DNA from: a virus
Lineage: Duplodnaviria > Heunggongvirae > Uroviricota > Caudoviricetes
DNA length: 41,347 bases
IMG/VR virus record: IMGVR_UViG_3300025889_000082
Coordinates: 1-41,347 of that record
Strand: one strand, 5' to 3'
Both the position numbers and the translations under genes were made by a program. The notes beneath the pieces were generated by a model. The model was not told where the DNA came from, searched no databases, and saw only the letters and a list, made by a program, of their open reading frames with translations. This document shows positions 1-10,900 of this stretch, in pieces; positions within the stretch are counted from its first letter, which is position 1; the number at the start of each line of letters is the position of its first letter.

Positions 1-1
1 A

Positions 2-3000
2 ATTGAATGGTTAAGAAGTGTTACTTTCTGGGGTAAGCCTAAAGAAGGTAAAGGTGCTGGTTATAACAGTATGTGGTTTGAGAGAGTGGGTACAGGTGAA
101 GAAGGTGAGTTAAGATTATTCTTCTCTGGAAAAGGAGAGAGTGTATCTTTCACTCCTTTAGCAATGGCAGAACAAAAAGAAACAATTCTTACTATTGTAC
201 AAAATATGTACAACAACGTTAATGCTAGAAAGGTACAAAATACAGATGAATATAATTTACCATATGAAGAGATTATAGGTATTGGTGAAAATGGTGTTCC
301 ACAAACTAAAGAGTGGCAAAACTACCAAACATATTTATTATCAGATGAGGGAAGAACAGCTGATGAGATTCCTTTATTCACTGATATTGCTGCTTTAGAA
401 TCTCCTGAAGATACTAATAGAGAGGGTGTATATTTTACACTAAGTGATGCTGCTGAGAACTTCACTATGTCAGAGGTGGTTAGAACTGTACCAAAGACTG
501 TTACTCCTGGTGGAATTAAAACTACAGCTGCTACAGTTACACAAACCACTCCTTATGGTACACAAGCTGGTCCTACATTAACCACTTCTACAGAATCTTT
601 AGAAGAAGAGTTTAAGATAGGAGAAACAAAAGAAGCTCCTATAGAGAAAGCACCTAATTCAAACTTTGTATTAGATGGTAAGACTAAGAATGTATTTGTT
701 TCTCCAAAAGGAACAAGAATAGCTTTCACAGCTAATCGTGACTTATTGGCTAAAGGAGATATTGATAATGGTATTAAGATATTAAAAGGAGAAGATTTAG
801 ATAAAGCTGAGCAAGCTTTAATTGCTGCAAATACTAAGAAGGAAGATGTAGGAAGAGCTTTAAAAGCCCCTATTGCTAACATGTTAAAGGTGCCTGTACA
901 AAAACAGGCTATTGAAGAAGATGAAGAAAGCTTTGCAATTCCTGATGAGCAAGATGCAGATGAGATAGTAATACCAGTTGCAGAACCAAAAGCTGAAGCA
1001 GAGATTACAGTGAAGGGACCTAACGTAAGAAATAGTGCTATCAAAGCTGCCTTATTAGAAGATGAAGAAGGAGACTTACGTGAAATCATAGAGAAGAAGA
1101 ATAAGATATTCAGACCTGAGAACTGGTCTAAGGTGGAGAAGTGGTTAAAGACCATCTTACCTGGTAACCTATCTGTATACAGAGTGGCTAATGTCATCAA
1201 AGCTACAGGAGGAAGAAAGGCTTATGGTATGTATAAGAAAGGTGCTATCTATGTAACTCAAAATGCAGAAGCTGGTACAACATACCATGAGGTGTTCCAT
1301 GCTATATGGAATATGTTTAGCACTCCTAAAGAACGTAAGGCTATTGTAAATGAGTTTAAGAATAGACCAGGTAGCTTTGAAGATAGAGTTACAGGACAGC
1401 AGGTTAAGTATTCTGAGGCAACTCCTGCACAAATCAAGGAACAATTAGCAGAAGAGTTTAGAGAGTATGTATTAGAGAATAAGCTACCACCTAAACCAGC
1501 TGATGGCAGACCTTATATTATTAAGTTGTTTAGTGAGTTACTTCACTTTATTAAGACTTTCTTTACAGGACCTCAGGCAGCTAGAAACACAGAAGAGTTA
1601 TTCAAGAGAATAGGAGAAGGATTCTATAAGAATGCATCTCCATATGCTTCTAAGTTAGGGTTAGCTCAGGCTGGTATCATTGATATTGAAGATGCCATGG
1701 GTGATCCAACTAGTGAATACAGTTTGATTGCAAAAGGTTTGACAGGAGAGAATGTACATGACATCATTCAACAGATGACATATTCCACTCTTACCAACCT
1801 TATTGCTACTAACCAAAGCTTATTTGAAATAGAATCTCAAGATAGAGCTTCATTATATAAAGAGGCTAAAGATAACCTTGAATATACAGTGGTTGGTAAG
1901 GTGAAGAACATAGCTGCTAAGATGCTTGCTGAAGGAAAGATTACAAAAGAAGAAGCAGCATCTGATATTGCAGAAGCTGAGCAGTTATATAAGATTATAG
2001 ATAAAAACTGGGATGAGATAACTCAAATCTTTGAAGAACAATTGTTATCTTATTCTATTAAGTTTGATGATAATGACCAAACTCAGTTAACAAATGAGAA
2101 CAATACAGGTAGAGGTGATCATCATGACCAAGAGAAAATAGATACATTTAAGAAAGCAAATGCTGCTATTAAGTTGTTGTTTGCTACTATTCCTTACAGA
2201 AATACAAAAGGTAAAAGAATATTGTCTTCAATCAATGGTGTTAAGTTAATACCAATGAGTAAGGTGTATATTGATTTGAAGAACGCTTTATACAATGCAG
2301 ACACTATTGATGATATGATGGAGAAGCTACGTGAATATGTAGAATCTCAAAAACCTGAGTATAGTGTAATATATGAAAGACTTACTAAACAACCAGTTAC
2401 TGAGAAGTTAAATCCTTATGCTAAGGCATCCACTGAGGCTGATCTTCAATTAGCTGCATCTTTCTATGGTGTAATGAAAGGACAAGCTCCTGATGTAGTT
2501 ACAGTGTATACACTTCCTGATGGAACTGTTACAACTACTGATATGTCTGTTGGTACAGCAGCTAAGCAAATTGCTGTTGATATGGAAAATAGCATTATTA
2601 GTTCTATACAAAATAACTTAGGTAAGTATTTCACATTTGATGCTGCCAATAAGATGTATAGAAACATCAAGAGAAACATTGATGATGAGAAGTTAGGAAC
2701 ATTAGAAAAGAGTGTAGCATTCCTTAAGTCATTAGGAATAGAAGTTCCTGCTAGAATGATTAGAAGATTTGGGTTTGAGAGTGATTTCAATAAGGCAGTT
2801 GCTGGTTTAAAAGCAAACTTATTAGCTGCTGATGAGATTAAGTTCATCTCTACTAAAACTATTAACACGTCTGGTAGAATAAGAGAAATCTCTGAAATGC
2901 TTGCTAAGATTCAAAGCCCTGACTTTGAGAGCACATACTTTAACTTAGAAGGGGATAGAGTACAGTCTTTCATTGGTGGTAACGTTATTAGTAACTTACA

Positions 3001-6000
3001 TGACTTCTTAATCAAGATTGATAATAAGAAACAATTAATTGGTTCTAGATATGAGTATTTACTTACAGATAAGTTTGCTAATATAGGTTCTGTATTCATG
3101 GACAAGATCTTTGATAAAAACTCAGGAAACAAACTTCCTAAAGGGAATGACTTCTTAAGTACAGCTTATGCTGGTGGTATGATTGATGAAGGTCTTGGCA
3201 AAAGAAAAGACCCATCTAGTCTTAGCCCTAGCGAGCGTTTGAAAGAAGAGTTAAATCTTAACTTAGCAGGTTACTATATGAACCTTGTTCCAGGAGATGC
3301 CTCTTTGGAATGGGCAAATTATGTAGGTAATAGTATTTTATTAAACAGTTTAAAGAAAGATAATAGTCCAATACACAGAGTATTTAGAGGATACTTCCTA
3401 TCAGAGTTGGCTGTTTCTAGAGAGAATAGACCTATTGTACAAGATGAGAATGAGACTAGAAAGTCTACAGACCTACGTTTCTTCAAGAATATATTAGGAC
3501 CAGAGTTACATAGTGAAATTTTAGCATATGATCCAAAAGGACAAAAGTCTCTTGAAGATGTTTATGATCACTTTGAACCAAAGATAAACAGAGCTATAGA
3601 TGCTTTCATTAAGAAGGATGTAGAGAGAAGAAAGTCTGTATATTCTAACTATAATCTTCTTTACTTAAATGAGAAAGGATATAACTTTAATGGTATAGAG
3701 TTTGAGAAGAAGGAGGCTTTGAGTGAGAATGATGTAAATGTAAATCTTACATACTTATCTGTTAACTATATGATTAACAACATAGAGTTACACAAACTTA
3801 TTTACTCAGATCCATATTTCTACAAGGATGAACTGAAGCGTATTAAGAGCTTCTTATCTCCACGTCAAGCCCTTGTATATGGTTCATCCATGTTCAACGC
3901 AGCTTTAAACAATGTATATAATGAAGGTTACACAGACATTGAAGACATTGGTTATACTAACTTCTTAGATGACTATTTCAAAACAATCACATTAGAAGAT
4001 GTCAAAGGTATAGCAGATGTAGAAGGATTTAGTAAAGAGTATGCATCTTACACTGAAACTGATGGTGCTGGTATGATTACTGCTAAGGCATATCGTAACT
4101 TTAGAATACGTGCTCATAACTGGAATCCTAATGAAGAGAGACAATATAGATATGATGTAGCATTTGAAAAGAGAGAGAAAGGTCAAAAGCTTTCTCCTAA
4201 TGAACTGAACTTATTAGAAGCAGGAAACCCACAAGTGAAGAGTGCTTACACTCCATTAAAGCCAATTGTGGCTGGAGCTAAGATGAGTAAGAATCCTTGG
4301 AATGATGTGGTGTTAGATAAGTTTGCACTTTATCCATTGAGTTTCAGAGTGTTACATGAGATTAATAAAGATTCAAATGCTGTTAAGTTATACAATAAGA
4401 TGCAAGCATCTAAAGTTGACTACGCTGTATTTGATAGTGGTAGAAAGGTAGGTGGTGGTAATTTGATTAAGGTATATGATGAGAAGGGTAACTTTAATGA
4501 CACTCTTGTTGCTGAGGCAGATAAAATCACTGTACCATTTAGTATCATAAGTGTACAGTCTGAAGTGCCTTCAAAGGATGCAGCTTTTGTAACAAGAGGT
4601 TCTCAAATCACTAAGTTAGTTACATTAGACTTCTTACAAGCTGGTGTACCTATTGACTTTATGCCTGATGAGAAAGACTTTAACAAACGTCTAGCTGCTT
4701 GGGAAGAGCTTAAGGATGAGAAAGCTATGGCTGATGCATCTCCATTATTCAAATATATACTTGAGAACCAGGATTTATTAGAGGAGATGATTAACATAGG
4801 TTATAAGAATCTTCTTGATAAGTTAGGTATTAAGCAAACTAAACAAGGATTTGAGGTTCTAGACCCTGAGAAGATTGCTCAAACATTACGTTCTGAGTTA
4901 TTCAAAAGAGAGGTGAATCGTAATATAGTGGCTGCACTTACAGGCTTTGAAAAAGGTCAAGTGTTGATTGAAGCTAGTCCTATGTATAGCCAAGTGAGAA
5001 ACATTCTTTACTCTATCATAGATAAGAACATTGTACGTCCAAAGATTAGTGGTGGAATGAAGGTACAGATTCCTTCTACAATGTTTGAATCAGTAAGACC
5101 TGTGTCAGATAAACCAGGATTGTATGAGTCAAATGTATTGAAGTTTTATGAGAAAGGTGGTGAGCGTGTTGCTGAGGTAATGGTAGGAAGATGGTTTGAT
5201 AGTGACATGTCTGATGAAGAGTTATTAAACTACTTAAACACAACCAAAGAAGGTCAGGCATTATTAAAGGGTGTAGCGTTTCGTATTCCTACACAGAAGC
5301 AAAACTCTGTGGATGTAATCAAGATAGCTAAGTTCTTACCTAAAGAGTTTGGAGACTCTGTAGTGGTTCCATCTGCATTGGTTCAGAAGGTGGGATCTGA
5401 CTTTGACATAGATAAATTGTCTATGTACTTCAAGAACATCTACAAAGGAAAAGATGGTAAGCCTAAGATGATTCCATATTTTGGAATAGGAGATGCTGCT
5501 ATCAAGAAGTTTGAAGAGTTGTTTGACAAGGGAGAGTTCTTAACTCCTGAGCAAGTACAAGAACTTGACAGATACATAGCAGAAGAAACATTCAGATTAG
5601 AAGACTTACTTGAAGAGCAATCTAATGCAAGTAAGTTGATCACAGCAATTGTTGGTAACTTAAATGGATTAGTGAATGAAGAAGAAATCACTCAAGAGTT
5701 CACTAAGGGTATCAAAGCTAAAGATCAATTAATCAATCTATTATATAAGAAGTCTATTGAGAACCAGTATATTCAGTCCCTTGAGAACATCATTGGAAGT
5801 GAAGCTAACTACAATAGATTAGTTACACCAAACTCTGCTAAGCCATTAAAAGACTTATCAACTGAGATTACAGGTAAATTAGGATTTGGTTCATTTGACT
5901 ATTCTTCTACTGACAACATGTTGAATCAAACGTTTATGTCTAGACTTAGACAAGCGTTTGTACGTGGTAAATATGCTATTGGTCTAGCTGCTGTAGCTCA

Positions 6001-7978
6001 GACTAACCATGCTCAGAACCAACGTTCTAATATGTATGTAGATAGAGGGTTAATGTATAAGTTAAGTAAGTCTGATCAAAAATGGTTAGGAGATGGTATT
6101 GTTAGATTTGATAAGTATAACACAGTTAATGTTAATGGCAGAACTGTTCCTAGCTTGTCTGGTATCAAAGATGCTAACAATAAGAATGATATCTCTGATA
6201 TTATAGGTATGTTCATTGATGGTTATGTGGATATTGCTAAAGGTCCATGGATTATGGAATTAGGTGCAAATCCTAACGTAGCTCCTACTTGGTTATTCTT
6301 AATTAAACTTGGAGTTCCAGTTAAAGATGTAGCATATTTCATGAACCAACCAATCATTCGTGACTACATGCGTGAGTTAGAGAACAGTGGATACAGTTGG
6401 TTATTTAATGATGCAATATTAGATAGAGTTAAAGAGTCTGAAAAGTATAAGGTGGAACCAAGTAAGGTGGCTGGTATTAAGAATATTCCTAATATCTCCA
6501 CACTTGATGCTAACTTAAGCAAAACATCATTTGATGCTAATGAAAAAGCTGAACAACAGTTCATCTTAAATGAGTTCTTGAAGTATGGTATGATGGCTAA
6601 CCAATTGTTTAAAGTGGTACAAGGTTCTAACTTTGACACAACAGCTTTCAATGACCCAATGTTGATCTTTAAGAAAGAAGAGCAATTGTCTCAAGCTAGA
6701 GAAACAATCATATCTTCTGTAGATAACTTATTAAACAAATCTTTTATAGGTAGATTAAGAGTGGGATTACGTGATAGTAGAAATGCTATTGGTGATACAG
6801 CATTGACTTCTGATACTAAGAGAGTAAGAGCTGTAATTCAGAATGTGTTAAGACCTTATGTAAACCTATCTGATAGACAATTTGTTAAGGTGGCTAGAAA
6901 GGCAGTTAATGATTTATTTGACTGGGCTGTACAAACTAACCCAACATTCAAGATTAATATGGAGAAAGACTTATTATCTAAGAATGGTACAGCTAAAGAA
7001 ATCACAGACTACTTTAATAAGATTAAGAATGATGTTACACATGAGTTATATAATAATGTGATTGTCAATTCATTAGCTCCTAAGTTTTCTGGAGCTGAAG
7101 AAAGACGTCCTAATAACTTATACGTAACAGGTAAGGATAACAAGGTGTATGATCAGAATAAAATGATTTATGGCTTTGAAGAGTTGAGAAACTACATGGA
7201 AGCTACAGGAGATTTACCTTTGTATAAGAAGCTTGTTAAGCTTTCTATCTTACAGTCTGGATTATCTACTTCTCCTATATCTTTCACATCTCTTATCCCT
7301 TATGATGATTTTGTAGAAGAATACAATGAAATTTTGTCCAAGTTAGAAGTTTTACCTAACTTAGCTGACTTCTATACATTGAATGTTTTTGAGAGAAACA
7401 ACTGGAATGATGATGAGATTGTTCCTCATAAGAAAGCACAATGGAAGACTGAGAAGCAAAAGGATGGTAAGTTGAAAACTAGATATGACAACAATGCATT
7501 AACTATCTTAAACACTGGTGCAAACATTGCAATGAGAAATGGAACAATTCCTCAGGTAATTAAGATATCAACCTTGTCTAGAGAGAGCACTAAGGATATT
7601 ATTGTATATAGTTGGGAAGAGATTCCTAAAGGAAAGACAAGAGCTGAGATGGTCAAAGCATCTGATTTTTCTTTCATTAAGAAAGGATTATTCAAGAAGG
7701 TAACAGAAGATGGTGTTAATCCTTTGATTACTTATAATACTAAAGGATATACATTCATTGTTTATAAAGCTATCAATGCATGGGGTGATTCTTTCAGAGC
7801 TAATGAGTTCTATGACTATGCTGCTCAATCTAAGATTGACAATGGTTTTATGGAGGTGAAAGAAGTAGGTGATGAGGAGATTAATTCAATATTTATGTAT
7901 GGAGCTAAAACTCCTCCAACTCAAGCGTCTGAAATAGATGATGTATTAAACAAGAAAGATCAAGGCTGTAAAAAATAA
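2..7978 (+). CDS. Virion-packaged RNA polymerase (crAss-like, phi14:2 gp66-type) with N-terminal zincin-like domain; 5'-truncated by the window
   Basis: Frame is open from position 2 (IEWLRSVTFWGK...) upstream of the listed ATG at 71. RIPTQ...GSDFDIDK (DFDID at 5399-5413) matches the crAss-like vRNAP catalytic loop. DGAG at 4061-4072 resembles the DGxG motif of two-barrel/RNAi-type polymerases. HEVFH at 1286-1300 is followed by EQLAEEF. Confidence 0.9.
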   Translation: MEWLRSVTFWGKPKEGKGAGYNSMWFERVGTGEEGELRLFFSGKGESVSFTPLAMAEQKETILTIVQNMYNNVNARKVQNTDEYNLPYEEIIGIGENGVPQTKEWQNYQTYLLSDEGRTADEIPLFTDIAALESPEDTNREGVYFTLSDAAENFTMSEVVRTVPKTVTPGGIKTTAATVTQTTPYGTQAGPTLTTSTESLEEEFKIGETKEAPIEKAPNSNFVLDGKTKNVFVSPKGTRIAFTANRDLLAKGDIDNGIKILKGEDLDKAEQALIAANTKKEDVGRALKAPIANMLKVPVQKQAIEEDEESFAIPDEQDADEIVIPVAEPKAEAEITVKGPNVRNSAIKAALLEDEEGDLREIIEKKNKIFRPENWSKVEKWLKTILPGNLSVYRVANVIKATGGRKAYGMYKKGAIYVTQNAEAGTTYHEVFHAIWNMFSTPKERKAIVNEFKNRPGSFEDRVTGQQVKYSEATPAQIKEQLAEEFREYVLENKLPPKPADGRPYIIKLFSELLHFIKTFFTGPQAARNTEELFKRIGEGFYKNASPYASKLGLAQAGIIDIEDAMGDPTSEYSLIAKGLTGENVHDIIQQMTYSTLTNLIATNQSLFEIESQDRASLYKEAKDNLEYTVVGKVKNIAAKMLAEGKITKEEAASDIAEAEQLYKIIDKNWDEITQIFEEQLLSYSIKFDDNDQTQLTNENNTGRGDHHDQEKIDTFKKANAAIKLLFATIPYRNTKGKRILSSINGVKLIPMSKVYIDLKNALYNADTIDDMMEKLREYVESQKPEYSVIYERLTKQPVTEKLNPYAKASTEADLQLAASFYGVMKGQAPDVVTVYTLPDGTVTTTDMSVGTAAKQIAVDMENSIISSIQNNLGKYFTFDAANKMYRNIKRNIDDEKLGTLEKSVAFLKSLGIEVPARMIRRFGFESDFNKAVAGLKANLLAADEIKFISTKTINTSGRIREISEMLAKIQSPDFESTYFNLEGDRVQSFIGGNVISNLHDFLIKIDNKKQLIGSRYEYLLTDKFANIGSVFMDKIFDKNSGNKLPKGNDFLSTAYAGGMIDEGLGKRKDPSSLSPSERLKEELNLNLAGYYMNLVPGDASLEWANYVGNSILLNSLKKDNSPIHRVFRGYFLSELAVSRENRPIVQDENETRKSTDLRFFKNILGPELHSEILAYDPKGQKSLEDVYDHFEPKINRAIDAFIKKDVERRKSVYSNYNLLYLNEKGYNFNGIEFEKKEALSENDVNVNLTYLSVNYMINNIELHKLIYSDPYFYKDELKRIKSFLSPRQALVYGSSMFNAALNNVYNEGYTDIEDIGYTNFLDDYFKTITLEDVKGIADVEGFSKEYASYTETDGAGMITAKAYRNFRIRAHNWNPNEERQYRYDVAFEKREKGQKLSPNELNLLEAGNPQVKSAYTPLKPIVAGAKMSKNPWNDVVLDKFALYPLSFRVLHEINKDSNAVKLYNKMQASKVDYAVFDSGRKVGGGNLIKVYDEKGNFNDTLVAEADKITVPFSIISVQSEVPSKDAAFVTRGSQITKLVTLDFLQAGVPIDFMPDEKDFNKRLAAWEELKDEKAMADASPLFKYILENQDLLEEMINIGYKNLLDKLGIKQTKQGFEVLDPEKIAQTLRSELFKREVNRNIVAALTGFEKGQVLIEASPMYSQVRNILYSIIDKNIVRPKISGGMKVQIPSTMFESVRPVSDKPGLYESNVLKFYEKGGERVAEVMVGRWFDSDMSDEELLNYLNTTKEGQALLKGVAFRIPTQKQNSVDVIKIAKFLPKEFGDSVVVPSALVQKVGSDFDIDKLSMYFKNIYKGKDGKPKMIPYFGIGDAAIKKFEELFDKGEFLTPEQVQELDRYIAEETFRLEDLLEEQSNASKLITAIVGNLNGLVNEEEITQEFTKGIKAKDQLINLLYKKSIENQYIQSLENIIGSEANYNRLVTPNSAKPLKDLSTEITGKLGFGSFDYSSTDNMLNQTFMSRLRQAFVRGKYAIGLAAVAQTNHAQNQRSNMYVDRGLMYKLSKSDQKWLGDGIVRFDKYNTVNVNGRTVPSLSGIKDANNKNDISDIIGMFIDGYVDIAKGPWIMELGANPNVAPTWLFLIKLGVPVKDVAYFMNQPIIRDYMRELENSGYSWLFNDAILDRVKESEKYKVEPSKVAGIKNIPNISTLDANLSKTSFDANEKAEQQFILNEFLKYGMMANQLFKVVQGSNFDTTAFNDPMLIFKKEEQLSQARETIISSVDNLLNKSFIGRLRVGLRDSRNAIGDTALTSDTKRVRAVIQNVLRPYVNLSDRQFVKVARKAVNDLFDWAVQTNPTFKINMEKDLLSKNGTAKEITDYFNKIKNDVTHELYNNVIVNSLAPKFSGAEERRPNNLYVTGKDNKVYDQNKMIYGFEELRNYMEATGDLPLYKKLVKLSILQSGLSTSPISFTSLIPYDDFVEEYNEILSKLEVLPNLADFYTLNVFERNNWNDDEIVPHKKAQWKTEKQKDGKLKTRYDNNALTILNTGANIAMRNGTIPQVIKISTLSRESTKDIIVYSWEEIPKGKTRAEMVKASDFSFIKKGLFKKVTEDGVNPLITYNTKGYTFIVYKAINAWGDSFRANEFYDYAAQSKIDNGFMEVKEVGDEEINSIFMYGAKTPPTQASEIDDVLNKKDQGCKK

Positions 7979-7990
7979 AAATCAATCCAA

Positions 7991-10900
7991 ATGGCTGAAT
8001 GTCAAGTATTTAGAAATGATGATGGTGTAATTGAAAGAGTGGAAGCTCCTAATGGACAACCTTCCACTCTGTATAAAACTCTGCAAGATCTTGTAAAAGA
8101 CAAGGAGCAAGCTCTACGTCTATGGGCCCAAGTGTACACTGACTCATTTAAAAACTGGTTTGGTAATTGGGAAAAGGGTCAGGGTTCTAAAACAGTAGAT
8201 GCTAATGGTGAACCATTAATAGTTTATCATGGGGGTGGAGATTTAACAGGTAAAACAATTAATGTACCTTTTCATGTAGCTCCTTCTATGGAAGAGGCTG
8301 CTATATGGGCAAGTAGACCAGGCAAAACATATGGTGGAGGATTGTTTTCAAGAAAGGATCTTTTAGAACTTAATTATAATGGAGTAAAAGATAGTAGTGG
8401 AAAACAAATTAAGACAACTTTTGTACGTGATCCTAAAACAAAAGAATATACTCCAAGTGTAGAAAGAGCTATTGAAATACTAGATGAGTATGAAAAGTTT
8501 ACTCTTACTCCTCTTTTTATAAGCACACAAAATAATTGGGAAGAAACAGAACTTAATGGAAAAGAGTTAAAAGAACTTAGAATATTTAATCCTAATCAAG
8601 TTAAGTCTGTACTTAATGAAGGATCATTTGCTATTGACAAAGGTGGATATGATAATACACAGGTGAGAACTGAAGCTATCCCTAGTGGAGGAAATGTTGT
8701 AGAACGTAAAATGGCAAGAAAGTCTGAGCTTGAAGGACGTGGTGCTTTCAATGTACAGTTTATTGAGGGAGGTATTAAGTATAGCTTTGATCCTACTAAT
8801 ATCTACTTTCAGGATAAGGAAATGGAAAGCTCCACTGCATCTGCACAAACTATAGCTAAGATTAAAGAGGTGCTTAATAAGATGGGAGTTAGCATAGAAG
8901 AGTTATATAGTTATGCTAAGAAAAATAACATTGATGTAAAAGGCAAGTCTGGATTGGCTGACCTTACTAGAGGAGTCATAGCTATAGCTGACCAACAAGA
9001 AGGACAAGCATTAACAGAGGAGATGGTACACATAGCTACAGCTATGATAGAACAAACTAATCCTGCGTTAATCACTCAGATGATTTCTAAGATAGATAGA
9101 TTTAAGATTTATAAAGAAACATTTGAAGCATATAAAGATACTTACACACTTCCTAATGGCAAACCTGATATTCGTAGAATAAAGAAGGAAGCTGTTGATA
9201 AGTTAATAGCTGAGCTGATTGTTAACCAAATGGAAAACACAGATCAGTTCCCTGAATTAAGAGAAGAGGTTAACCAATCTTTTGTAAGAAACTTATGGAA
9301 TACTATTCTTGATTTCATTAAAGGAATGTATACCAAAGCAAACATTGATATATTTACAGAGGTAGCTTCTCAGATAGGATCAGGAGATATCAGTGGTGAT
9401 ATAGCTGACATGAAGCAAGGAGGTATATTCTTCCAGCTGTCTGATGCTCAAAAGAAAATTGTAGATAGCTTAGATCAAACTAAGAATACTATCACTAAGG
9501 TTTATGAAGATCAGGAGAAAGTAGATCCTATATTACTTGACTCAGAAGAAGCAAGTAACTACTATCAAGCTCAAAAGCCTGATGGTACCACTGAAAGAGT
9601 ACTTAAGAGAGTTACTGATAGAGTGAAGGCTTGGTATAAGAAGAAGTTCCCTGGAAAGATATTTACTAAACAGGAGAAAGAATTTAATGAATTAAAGAGA
9701 AAGTTTGGTGTTAAAGGTCACCAAGATCTTGAGGATATCCATCACAGATACTATAATGAAGATGGTACCAGAAGAGTAAAACCTATAGATGCTCCAAGCA
9801 CTTTCAACTTGGACACTAAACAAATGTACCAACTCCTTGAAAACTATTATGTAAAATTGATTGATAGTTTTGATAAGGATACAATAATTAGAGCTGAGGT
9901 TATTATATATAATTCTAAGGATAAAGAAGCAGGAACAATTGACTTCTTGGCAATTGAACCAGATGGTAAAACACACATCTTAGACTGGAAGTTCTTGCAG
10001 TTTGCAGAAGGTTCAGAAGATGTAGCATTCTTTAAACAAGGAGCATATGATATCCAGCTAGGAACTTACAAGGACATCTTACGTAATTATTATGGAGTGA
10101 AGAGTTTTGGTATGACCAGAGCTATTCCTATCATGATGAAGATGGAGATGGAAAATAAACCAGATGGTACTTCTGAGAATGTAATTAAAGGAATAGCAAT
10201 TGGTTCTGTAGATCCAAAACAAATCACAGACTTAAGATTGCTTCCTGTATCTGAGAAGACAGAATCTACTGGTTATCAAAAACTTGATAAGTATTTGGCT
10301 AAGTTGAATAGCTTATATGAACGTATTTCTAGTCAACCTGCAGAGGAAGAAGAGCGTCAGTTTAAGTATGCTCGTATGAGAGAACTTAAAAGAGCTATAC
10401 GTCTTGCACAAGGAACTGGTAATATTGCTGAATTAATTAATGTTATCTTAACTACTAGAGCTAAGGGAGAACAACTTATTAATACATATGATGTATCCTT
10501 TAAGAATAGAGATGCAAACTCTGAAGACTCTACCAATGAAGAACTATCTGAGTTTGCAGGAGAGTTAAGAAACTACATAGAAACTGCTGAAATCTTTGAT
10601 AGAGTGGATGCAGAAATTGGTGATCTTATCTATTCTCCTGAAATGGAAATAGATGCTAAAACAGATGAAGATAAGAAGTTACTTAATGAGTTAAAGACAT
10701 TAAGAGATAATCTTAAGCGTGAGGGAGAAAATATCTACAAGTCCAAGCAAGAGCTTATTGACATTGCCTTCAAGTTTGCAGATAAACATATTGGTCAAAG
10801 AAACTTAATCACAGGTCTGACTAAGCCTGAAGCTGTTACAAAAGGTTTGGCTTCCAACTTTAGAGGCTTAGAAGACTTAGGACAAAGATCTTTGAATATA

